A DNA stretch of 64,000 nt. Origin: Eledone cirrhosa. Lineage: Eukaryota. Each line of letters begins with the position of its first letter. The stretch's first letter is position 1. A program made the translations under genes and the position numbers. The notes under the pieces are model-generated. The model did not search any database, had not been told where the DNA came from, and saw only the letters and a list, made by a program, of their open reading frames with translations. The stretch spans positions 223,138,001 to 223,202,000 of the forward strand of contig OZ024742.1 of the NCBI GenBank assembly GCA_964016885.1. The letters run 5' to 3'. This document shows positions 52,082 through 64,000 of the stretch, piece after piece.

Positions 52082-54910
52082 TCATCATCATCATCGTTTA
52101 ACGTCCATCTTCCACGCTTGCATGGGTTTGGACGGGAGTTTTCCCACTTGAGGCAAGATTTGTTGTCCTGCTCGTATAGGACTGTCTGGCGGGTTTTCTA
52201 CGGCTGGATGCCCTTCCTAACACCAACCACGTTTACAGTGTGGACTGGGAGGTTTTTACCGTGTTACCTACACGGTCACATTACAGCGTGGACTGTGTTT
52301 TTTTGTCGTGACACCTACACGACCTCATTTGTTTCGGACTGGATGTTGTGGTACCAACATAACTTCACATTTAAGGGGGTGGTGTGGATGGGGTGGGGGT
52401 AGTGGAATGGGGGTGTATTTTGTTAGAGGTGCCTACTGACTGTAGGTTTCGCTTTGTACTTAGGCAAGGCGGGTCTTCTGTATGACTGTGTAGCGCCAAA
52501 GATCTCGGTCCAGTGACATTGTCTTGGAGAGGTGTAAGTGTGTGAGGTCGGAATTTATCAAGTCGTCCCAGGTTTTTCTGGGTCTGCCTACTCCGTGGCT
52601 ACCATTTTTTTTTTATCGCCCTGCACTTTTTTATACAGCTGTCGTCTTTCATGCGCATCACGTGACCGTACCAACGTAGTCTTCTCTCGAGTAAACAACA
52701 TCTGATCACTCTTATTCCTAATTTCTCCTTTAGTTCGTTTATGCTTTGCCGTTCACGTGTATTACTATTACACATCCAGCGGAGCATGCAAGCTTTGTTT
52801 CTCTCCAGTCTGCGTATATCCTCTGCACACAATGCCCAGGTCTCACTGCCATGCAACATTGCTGTTCGTATGCAGGCATCATACAGCCTGCATTTCATTT
52901 TTAGAGAGAACCCTTTAGCGGCCAATAGTGGTATAAGCTCTCTGAACTTTTTCCATCCCATTCTGACTCTAGCTACTGTACTTTCAGAGCACCCTCCCCC
53001 ACTGTTGATTTTGTCACCCAGGTAACGGAAGGTGTCCACTATTTCTATAGAACCATCTGTGCAATGGAATGAGCTAGTATTCTGTGGGCACTTGCTGCTA
53101 CTTATTGCACCAGAGCACCGGCCACATATAAAATCTATATTCTTAGTTAGCTTACCTGTGATCCCACTACATCTTTTATGCACCCATACTTTGCATTTGG
53201 GACATAAAATGCCTACTCCTTTCCTACACACTGAGCATGGCCATTTCCCAGATGGGACCGGTGCCCTATTTTCCTTCCTACAAACTAGAACTTTAGTCTT
53301 AGACAAGTTAACTTTAAGGCCTTTTGATTCTAGGCCATGCTTCCATGTTTGGAATTTCTTCTCTAGTTCAGCCATTGATCCAGCTATGAGCGTTAGATCA
53401 TCTGCATATAGGAGTTCCCATGGGCAGCAAGTCTTGAACTCTTCTGTTATAGCCTGAAGGGCAATAATAAATAGTAGGGGGCTAATAACGGAGCCCTGAT
53501 GAACACCAACTTTTACGCTAAACTCTTCACTATATTCGTTGTTAATTCTAACCTTGCTGACTGTTTCTTTATACATGGCTTGTATAGCTCTCACAAGCCA
53601 TTCATCAACACCTAGTTTTCTAAGCGCCCACCAGATAATGGAGCGGGGGACTCTGTCAAAGGCTTTCTCCAAGTCAACAAAAGCTAAGTATAGGGGTTTA
53701 CTTTTAGCTAGGTACTTCTCCTGTAGTTGTCGTACAATGAAAAGAGCGTCTGTGGTACTTTTACCTGACACAAACCCGAACTGCATTTCATCTAGATCAA
53801 TTCGTTCTCTGATTAGTTGCGCTATTACTTTTTCTGTGACCTTCATGACCTGGTCGATTAATTTAATGCCTCTATAGTTACCCCTATCAAGAGCATCTCC
53901 TTTATCCTTGTAGCTGTTAATGATGTTGCTGCTACGCCAGTCCTTCGGAACGGTCCCATTCTGTATGACTTGGTTTACTATCCGGGTGACCATAGTGTGT
54001 CCCACCGTTCCAGATGCTTTCAGCATTTCAGCAACTATTTCCGAAGGCCCAGCCGCCTTACCCGTCTTCATATCTTTGATTGCCTTACTTATTATACTAC
54101 CTTCAACTAGCACTGCTGGTCCCTCTATTGGATCGATGTGGGGGAGACTGTCTTTCTCCCATTTATTCTCCTCATTTAGTAGCCTTTCGTAGTGACACTT
54201 CTCAGCTACCTTCTTATCAGCGTCAGTGATGGCAAGTACACCATCATCATTAAGGACACACTTCTCCCCGACAATATCATGGTTTTCCTTGACACATTGC
54301 CTAGCAATCCTGAACACCTCACGTTTTTGGTCCTCGCGTTGTAGAACATGCTTGAACTTTCTTTCCTCTGCTTCCCTTCTTGCGAAGTACACTTGTCTCC
54401 TAGCTTCCCTCCTGGCCACTTGATAGTCTTCTCTACTTTCCCCATCCCGCCATACTTTCCAAGCCTGCTTTTTGGCCTTAATTGACTCCTCCACCTTACT
54501 GTTCCACCACCACGTTACTCTCCTCCTGCCTATAGGCCTGCTCCAGCCACATACATCATCTGCCGCCTTCAGCAGGTTAGCTTTCAGGAATTCCCACTGT
54601 TCCTCTATATTGTACGACTCTAATTGCTCTTCCTTACTGTCGAAAGCATCAAGTAATATGCTTTTAAATTTATTACTGGCTGTAGGGTCCTCTAGCTTCC
54701 ATATTTTTCTCCTGAGGATAGTCCTCTTCTGCGAGTACGTCTTGTCCTGACTATGAGGTCGCTGACTATGAGTCAATGTTGAGAGGTGTGCATTCTTCAT
54801 GGGGGAGGGATTTAGTGTTTACAACAGACACTCTGTCACGTCTTCTGGTAAGGATATAATCTATCTGACTGTCGTGTTCCCCTGATCTATAGGTGATCAA
54901 GTGATTGTCT
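52082..54910 (-). mobile_element. RTE-clade LINE, 5'-truncated (~2.8 kb)
   Basis: End of APE endonuclease (SQIDYIL), full RT domain, 3' UTR and (GAT)n tail at 52082-52096. Confidence 0.95.
52599..54800 (-). pseudogene. LINE ORF2 remnant: reverse transcriptase plus C4HC3 PHD-like finger (733-aa open frame, frameshifted at both ends)
   Basis: NYRGIKL, QFGF, FVDLEKAFDRV, GVHQGSVISPLLF, LLYADD, FRYLG; CSVC..CPKC..H..C..CGRC. Confidence 0.93.
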
Positions 54911-55464
54911 TGTGTTTGTATATATATATGCATAAATGTGTGTGTCTGTGTATTTCTCTCTTCTCTTTGCATTTGACATTGCTGTCTGTAATAATTGTTT
55001 AGGTTCCATCAGCAATTTGATGTGCATACATCACCACTCCGACCTTACTTAAAAAAGCCCCCCCCCCCCCCCCCCCAAAAATAAAATAAAGAAAAAAGGT
55101 TTGACATCAAAGAGTCTCATCCAATTCATGCCAGCATGGAAGAATGGACATAATACTGAATATGACCAAGATAATTATATATGTTATGGTTCACACCTGC
55201 TTAGGTTTAGCTGATCTCCTATGGAGTTAGATCTTAGATGTTTTAATGATCAAAGTCTCTCTCCTATCATCACTGTTAATATTAGTTTCATCACAAAACT
55301 AATTCTATTTAGGAGGCTAAGAAAAAGTTGAAAAAAAACAAAAAAACAAACAAATAGTTAAATATTTTTTTTTTTATAAAACAATCAGTTTAAATTAATG
55401 GAATTTGTCCTTTTAGATAAAAAGAAAAACAAAACATTTCTGCAATTCCCTTCAGAGCAACAAT

Positions 55465-57270
55465 AATAATTGTTTCTACTTTAGGCACAAGGCCAGCAAT
55501 TTGAAGGGAAGAGGAAAGTCGATTAAATTGACCCCATGCATTTACTTGTCACTGCGGCATTGGATGAAGGGGACAAATACAGGTTACAACACCAAGGCAG
55601 TGGTGAGGTTACATAGAAATCAATTAGTAGTAGTAGTACATAATTTCCATTTTATTAATGCCATCATTAGAATTGCAGCCAACATTACTGTTTTAAAATA
55701 TATTCTATTTTGTAATCCTTTCTTTCTTTCTTTCTTTTTCTTCTTTTTTTTTGTGTATTAAAGAAAAGGGTATTGAATTCTGCCAAATAACTGCTAATTA
55801 CTCACTCTGAAATTATATCATGTCTATATAAATGATAGCTTATTTTATATTTATAATGAACAACAACAACGATGATGATGATTTCTAATTTAGACATAAG
55901 GCCAGCACTTTTGCAGTTTGGGAAAAGTTGTTTATATTGACCCCAGTACTTGATTGGTACTTTATTTTATCTACCCAAGAAGGATGGAAGGCAGAGTTGA
56001 CTGTGACAGGATTTGAACTCAGAATGTAATGGTTTTGACAATAATAATTCTTTTTACTTTTGGCACAAGGCCAGCAATTCGAAGAGGGGGGGGGGGGGTC
56101 GATTAAATTGACCCAGTACATTACTGGTGCTTTATTTTATCGACCCCGTAAAGGTGAAAGGCAAAGTTAACCGTAGCGGAATTTGAACTCAGAACGTAAA
56201 GGGACATAACTCTATGCTGCAAAGCATAGCGTTATAGGGCGGTGGATTGGCAGTATCGGTGGAGTGATATTATTGACAATAATAATGATTATGAAGGTTG
56301 TGAGTTAGATTCCTTGACTGGGCAGTGTTGTGTTCTTAAGACACTTCATTTCACATTGCCGGGGCCGCTATCATTAAAACACCCAAGAAACCTCTCTGAG
56401 ATACATTATAGGGGGCCAGCTAAACCCCCATACGTATAGGTTGTAAATTTAATTTTTTCACTTTAATAACAACAACAACAATGATAATAATATTAAGGAT
56501 GATGATAATAATTGTTTGTAATTTTGGCACAAGGCTAGCAATTATCCCAGTGTATTACTGGTGCTTTACTTTATCGACCCCGTAAGGATGAAAGACAAAG
56601 TTAACCTCAGCAGGATTTGAATTCAAACCGTATAAGGCCGTAACTCTATGCTGCAAAGTATGGCGTCCGAACCTCTCCAGATACTGCAAGTCCACCGCCC
56701 TAATGATGGTGATGATAATAATTGTTTCTACTTTTGGCACAAGACCAGTTATTTGAAGGGAAGGTGAAAGTCAATTAGACAGACCCCAGTGTAACACTGA
56801 TACATTCAACTGAGTAAGGATGAAAGGCAAAGCTAACATCGGTGAGATTCGAACTCAGAACTTAAAGGGCTGTAGCTATATACCACAAAGTATGTTGTCC
56901 AATGCCCTACTAATATTGCCAATCCACTGCCCTAAATGATGATAATGATGATAATAATAGTAATATTTCTACTTTTGGCACAAGGCCAGCAATTACCCCA
57001 GTGCTTTACTGGTACTTTATTTTATCAACCCCGTAAGGATGAAAGGCAAAGTTAACTTTGGCAGGATGATAATAGTAATAATTGTTTCTACTTTTGGTAC
57101 AAGGCCAGCAATTACCCAGAGCATTACTGGTACTTTATTTTATCGACCCCGTAAGGATGAAAGGCAAAGTTAACCTCGGCGGGATTTGAACTCAGAATGG
57201 CAAGGGCCGTAACTCTATACGTCAAAGCATGGTATCCGACCCTCTACCGATACTGCCAATCCACCAAGTA
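55465..57270 (-). mobile_element. Cluster of about seven same-orientation tRNA-type SINE copies and fragments
   Basis: Repeated ttgtttctacttttggcacaaggccagcaatt...tttatcgaccccgtaaggatgaaaggcaaagttaac...gatttgaactcag. Confidence 0.8.
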
Positions 57271-60200
57271 ATAATAACAACACAACAGTAACAACAACAA
57301 TAATGATTAAAAAATTAAGAAAAAGAAATTTCAATGGAAATTTTGGTCAAGTTTTTCTTCTATCCCATCCTTTTTATCCTACCCACATTTTAAGAGATAA
57401 AAAAATTGAATTAGCATTTAGTTTGCATGGCACGGTGCCATTTCTTTTTCAACATATTATAACAAAGAAATAAAATACACCTGAAATTCTAATAATTAGA
57501 CTTGTAAATGAATCTATGCATTTATGCCCCCCCCCCCCCCCCATCCCTGTAAGAATGAGTTACTTTTCAAAAACTGTTTGTTGCTTCATCAATTTCGATT
57601 TGGTAGTTGTTTTTTTTTCTTTCTTCAATTTGTGTGATTAATAGCAGATCAATATTTATGAATTATTTTCCAAATAGTCCACAAACCCACCACCCGACCA
57701 CCACACTACTGTCAGCAGCAGCAGCAGCACCACCACTACCACCACTACCACCACCACCACCACCACAAGCATCTAAAAATAAGACTGCAGTTATAATTAG
57801 CTATCATAGATTTATGGTGTTTAGATTTAGATAATACAGAGAAGTCTGTGATTGATATTTTCCTAGTTATAGGAGAAAATTATTAGTTGGTAATCTGGGT
57901 CTGTACTGCATGCAGTTGCTGATAGGACAACTCTGGAAGGTTTGTCAGAGGACTCTACCTCCATGACCTACCAAGGAATAAGTGGGTGAAGAGGAAGAAG
58001 AATCAAATTTACTGCTCACACCTGTGTATAGTTATCTGGCATCCTAAAAAAACTGTATCTCATTGGAGGTTTCTTTGGTGTTTTAATAATAGGGCACTCA
58101 ATCCTATCATACACATATACATGCAGATTTAGCTGGCCTCCTTTGAGGCTGTATCTCACAGTAGGTTTCTTGGATGCTTCAATGATAGGTGCCCCAGTTC
58201 TATTATGAAAAGCAACATAAAATGAAACATCTTGTTCAAGAACACAACATGTTGCCCAATCTAGGAATCAAACTTTACAGTTCTCACTTATGTAGGTTTA
58301 GCTGACCTCATATAAAGCTACATCTCATAGGAGGTTTCTTGGGTGCTTTAACGATATGAGCCTAAGTCCTGTTATGAAAAGAAATGTGAAATAAAGTCTT
58401 GCTCAACATAATCAGCTGCTGGTCCAAGAATCAAACTCACAACCTCATGATCAGGTGTCCATTCCGTTAACTACTAGGCAACATACCTTCACATATGAAG
58501 TGAAATTTACAGCTCACACTTATACAGGTTTAGCTGGCCTTCTATGAGGAGGATTCTTGGATGTTTTAGTGGTAGGGTCCCAGTCCTATCAAGAAAAGCA
58601 ATGTGAAATGAAGTCTTGCTCGGGAATACAAAGAGCTGCTCTCTAGGAATTGAACCAACAACCTTATCATTACTAAAGCCCTAACCACTAAGCCACACAC
58701 CATTGCCTAGTGACAGGAGGCTGTTTTTAATCTCAGAATGCACCAAATTTTGCAATTTCATCAAGGATGATGATGACGATCTTTCATCTTAGACTAATTA
58801 GTGACATAATTGATGAAATGTAAAGTCACTGGATAATTATAAGAGATCAATGAGAAATTGTTCAATATCATCTCTGGCTAAAAAGTAATCATCATCATCA
58901 TCATTTTGTCTACTTTCCATGCTGGCATGGATTGTGTGGCTCATTATGGTCAGTGTCGGTTCTTGCACACCATGACAAGTTGAGAACCACACCTGGTGCA
59001 AGGTTTTAGATGCTCTTCATAACACCAAGTGTTTTACTAGGTGTACTTGATGTACTTTATTGTAGCACAAACATTAGGCTGTTATACCCTCATCCAGACT
59101 AAAGAGCCCTCTTGACCCTATGTTGTCTCAGCTTTTTCATCAAGTATTTTTTTTACATTTCATTGAAAGTTGGCATTTCATATTGATTCCATATTTTGGT
59201 AGAATGCCATATATTTACCAAGGAGTGGAGTATGAGTGAACGAGGTCCATACCTTTATCTAAATCACCATCCTACACTTGCTAGTTTGGAACATGGATGT
59301 AAAACTATACAAGACAACAAAAACACCATCATGAACACAAATAGACGACTGAAATAAGGTTTCAATTACTCTATAGGATTAAACCTGTTTTTCTTGTTCT
59401 ATATTCAATCATTATCCATTGAACTGTATTGATATTTCTCATTGATCAAGCTATTATATAACATTGTGTGTATTATTAGCTGCCCGAAACTATTGATAGT
59501 TTTCATCAACAATGAGAACATTTGTCTGTTGTTAAATTGTTGACATAACTTTAACAAGCTTCATGTTTGCTGTTCTGTGTTCGAATTCTACCAATGATTT
59601 TTGTCTTTCATACTAGTGCTGGTTCTATGAAAAATGCACCCAGTACACCCTGTAAAGTGGTTGCTGATAGGAATGGTATCCAGCTGTAGAAACCATGCTA
59701 AAAAAGTAGAGAGGACTGTTCAGTTGTTTAAGGGCATAATAACTTCTCTAGTGTTGGTGATCTTCACAATGAGTGTATCCAATAAATTATATGAAGTGGT
59801 TGATGATAGGAAAGGCATCCAGCCAAAGACATGACAACCTCTCTAGTGCCTGGTGGTTAGGGTATTGATCTCATGATCATAAAGTTTTGGATTCAATTCC
59901 TAGACTGGATGGCAGATTGTGTTCTTGAGCAAGACACTTCATTTCACATTGCTTTTGATGATAGTACTGGGGCCATTATCATCAAAGCACCTGAGTCATC
60001 TCCATGGGAAGCCAGCTAATCCTGCATAGGTATAAGCTATAAATTCCATTTCAATGTTGAGTAAAATATGTTTAAGTAAATGTTATCATATGTCCAAATT
60101 TCCATGTTTACATGGGTGGCTGGGTCTTCTCCAGCATGTCACCCCCTTTCCCACTTGTAGTATTGCTTCACCATCTCCTGTGAGCTTCAGCATTCCAAGA

Positions 60201-60694
60201 TCAGCCCTCACCACTTCTGCCCAGGTCTTTTTCTACTGCAGTTTGCTTTTATGTGCACACGTGTACACACACATAGGAGAGAGAGAGAGAGAAGGGATGA
60301 AGACTGGGGAGGAGGAGGGGGAGGGCAGGCACATTATTGATTAAATAGCAGTAGTTATAAATACAAAAAAAAAAAATTAAGGGAAAAGGGGGGAAAGAAA
60401 GTAAAAAAACACAAAAAACCTCCAAAGCAGCAATCATCCCATCTTGTTCTCCTTCCTGTTAGTTTGATATAATGTAGAACTAGGGTGGAGAAGTGGAAAG
60501 AAAGGGGAAGGGGATGTAGGACAAGAGAGATGTAGAATCTCTCTCTCCCTCCCTCTCTCTAATTAATTTAATTGAAATAATAATGTGATTTAAATTGATG
60601 GAAGTGTAATAATGCAAGGTAGTGCTGCTTCCTCTGCCATACTAGTAAGGATATAAAGAAAAATAGTGGAATGATTCTTGATTCTTCTACAACA

Positions 60695-63600
60695 TCCTTT
60701 ACACCAATTTCTTCATTACACCCTCTACATCAATTTATCCACCATACTCTCTACACCAATTTCTTCATTACACCCCTACATCAATTCCCTCACCACACCT
60801 CCTACATCAATTCCCTCACCACACCTCCTACATTAATTCCCTCACCACACTCCTACACCAATCCCTCCAACACACCCTCTACACCAATACCCCCACCACA
60901 CCCCCTACTCCAATCCCTACACCAATCCCTCCACCACACCCTCTACACCAATACCCCCACCACACCCCCTACTCCAATCCCTACACCAATCCCTCCAACA
61001 CACCATCTACACCAATCCCTCCACTACACCCTCTACACCAATTCCCCCACCACACCATCTACACCAATTCCCCCACCATACTCTCTACACCAATCCCTCC
61101 ACTACACCCCCTACACCAATTCCCCCACCACACCCTCTACACCCCCATGCCCCCTACACCAATTCCCCCACCACACCCTCTACACCCCCATGCCCCCTAC
61201 ACCAATTCCCCCACCACACCCTCTACACCCCCATACCCCCTACACCAATTCCTCTACACCAATTCCCCCACCACACCCCCTACACCAATTCCCCCACCAC
61301 TCCTACACCAATTCCCTCACCACACCACATACACCAATTCCTCTACCACACCATCTACCCCCACCCCACCATACCCTCTACACCAATTCCCCCACCACAC
61401 CCTGTACACCCCCATACCCTCTACACCAATTCCCCCACCACACCCTGTACACCCCCATACCCTCTACACCAATTCCCCCACCACACCCTCTACACCAGTC
61501 CCCTCACCATACCCTCTACACCAATCTCTCCACCACACCCTCTACACCAGTCCCCTCACCATACCCTCTACACCAATCCCTCCACCACACCCTCTACACC
61601 AATCCCTCCACCACATCCTCTACACCAATCCCTCCACCACACCCTCTACACCAATCCCTCCAACACACCCTCTACACCAATCCCTCCACCACACCCTCTA
61701 CACCAATCCCTCCAACACACCCTCTACACCAATCCCTCCACCACATCCTCTACACCAATCCCTCCACCACACCCTCTACACCAATCCCTCCAACACACCC
61801 TCTACACCAATCCCTCCACCACATCCTCTACACCAATCCCTCCACCACACCCTCTACACCAATCCCTCCAACACACCCTCTACACCAATCCCTCCACCAC
61901 ACCCTCTACACCAATCCCTCCAACACACCCTCTACACCAATCCCTCCACCACACCCTCTACACCAATCCCTCCACCACACCCTCTACACCAATCCCTCCA
62001 CCACACCCTCTACACCAATGCCTCCACCACACCCTCTACACCAATCCCTCCAACACACCCTCTACACCAATCCCTCCACCACACCCTCTACACCAATCCC
62101 TCCACCACATCCTCTACACCAATCCCTCCACCACATCCTCTACACCAATCCCTCCACCACACCCTCTACACCAATCCCTCCACCACACCCTCTACACCAA
62201 TGCCTCCACCACACCCTCTACACCAATCCCTCCACCACACCCTCTACACCAATCCCTCCAACACACCCTCTACACCAATCCCTCCAACACACCCTCTACA
62301 CCAATTCCTCCACCACACCCTCTACACCAATCCCTCCACCACACCCTCTACACCAATCCCTCCACCACACCCTCTACACCAATCCCTCCACCACACCCTC
62401 TACACCAATCCCTCCACCACACCCTCTACACCAATCCCTCCACCACACCCTCTACACCAATCCCTCCACCACACCCTCTACACCAATCCCTCCACCACAC
62501 CCTCTACACCAATGCCTCCACCACACCCTCTACACCAATCCCTCCACCACACCCTCTACACCAATGCCTCCACCACACCCTCTACACCAATCCCTCCACC
62601 ACACCCTCTACACCAATGCCTCCACCACACCCTCTACACCAATCCCTCCACCACACCCTCTACACCAATGCCTCCACCACACCCTCTACACCAATCCCTC
62701 CACCACACCCTCTACACCAATGCCTCCACCACACCCTCTACACCAATGCCTCCACCACACCCTCTACACCAATCCCTCCACCACACCCTCTACACCAATG
62801 CCTCCACCACACCCTCTACACCAATCCCTCCACCACACCCTCTACACCAATGCCTCCACCACACCCTCTACACCAATCCCTCCACCACACCCTCTACACC
62901 AATCCCTCCACCACACCCTCTACACCAATCCCTCCACCACATCCTCTACACCAATCCCTCCACCACACCCTCTACACCAATCCCTCCACCACACCCTCTA
63001 CACCAATGCCTCCACCACACCCTCTACACCAATCCCTCCACCACACCCTCTACACCAATTCCTCCACCACACCCTCTACACCAATCCCTCCACCACACCC
63101 TCTACACCAATGCCTCCACCACACCCTCTACACCAATTCCTCCACCACACCCTCTACACCAATGCCTCCACCACACCCTCTACACCAATCCCTCCACCAC
63201 ACCCTCTACACCAATGCCCTCCACCACACCCTCTACACCAATCCCTCCACCACACCCTCTACACCAATCCCTCCACCACACCCTCTACACCAATGCCTCC
63301 ACCACACCCTCTACACCAATCCCTCCACCACACCCTCTACACCAATGCCTCCACCACACCCTCTACACCAATCCCTCCACCACACCCTCTACACCAATGC
63401 CTCCACCACACCCTCTACACCAATCCCTCCACCACACCCTCTACACCAATTCCTCCACCACACCCTCTACACCAATCCCTCCACCACACCCTCTACACCA
63501 ATCCCTCCACCACACCCTCTACACCAATCCCTCCACCACATCCTCTACACCAATCCCTCCACCACACCCTCTACACCAATCCCTCCAACACACCCTCTAC

Positions 63601-64000
63601 ACCAATCCCTCCACCACACCCTCTACACCAATCCCTCCAACACACCCTCTACACCAATCCCTCCACCACACCCTCTACACCAATCCCTCCACCACATCCC
63701 TCTACACCAATCCCTCCACCACACCCTCTACACCAATTCCTCCACCACACCCTCTACACCAATCCCTCCACCACACCCTCTACACCAATCCCTCCACCAC
63801 ACCCTCTACACCAATCCCTCCAACACACCCTCTACACCAATCCCTCCACCACACCCTCTACACCAATCCCTCCACCACATCCTCTACACCAATCCCTCCA
63901 CCACACCCTCTACACCAATTCCTCCACCACACCCTCTACACCAATCCCTCCACCACACCCTCTACACCAATCCCTCCACCACACCCTCTACACCAATGCC
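60695..64000. repeat. 26-bp C/A-rich minisatellite (>3.3 kb, runs off the window)
   Basis: Unit tacaccaatccctccaccacaccctc; degenerate at 60695-61560 and homogeneous thereafter. Confidence 0.97.

Noticed and set aside
52741-54750. Plus-strand ORFs over the LINE
   Set aside because: Antisense shadows of RTE ORF2; likewise 10399-10863 and 38458-39120

Overview
Eukaryotic, AT-rich, repeat-saturated DNA. The SINE, RTE-LINE, MITE and microsatellite mix strongly resembles a cephalopod (Octopus-like) genome, which is an inference. No intact host gene is recognisable. Main contents: the 3' ~4 kb of a decayed Helitron (Rep/Pif1 helicase, intact hairpin-CTAG end), an internally deleted DD37D (maT) mariner, a 5'-truncated RTE LINE with an RT domain and a PHD-type finger plus many RTE 3' fragments, six TTAA-flanked piggyBac-type MITEs, hAT MITEs, many tRNA-type SINEs, a 98-bp satellite (~46 copies), 32-bp and 26-bp minisatellites and long microsatellites. 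The most striking unannotated signal is a set of sequence-unrelated type I hammerhead ribozyme motifs: 51815-51857 (+), 50979-51047 (+), 33028-33120 (-), 14703-14768 (+) and an inverted degenerate pair at 33558-33648. They share a palindromic minimal stem III and sit in short non-coding elements beside (TA)n tracts, mostly just downstream of a fold-back inverted repeat. This architecture suggests Penelope-like pseudo-LTR or retrozyme elements. All folds were worked out by eye and none is experimentally tested.
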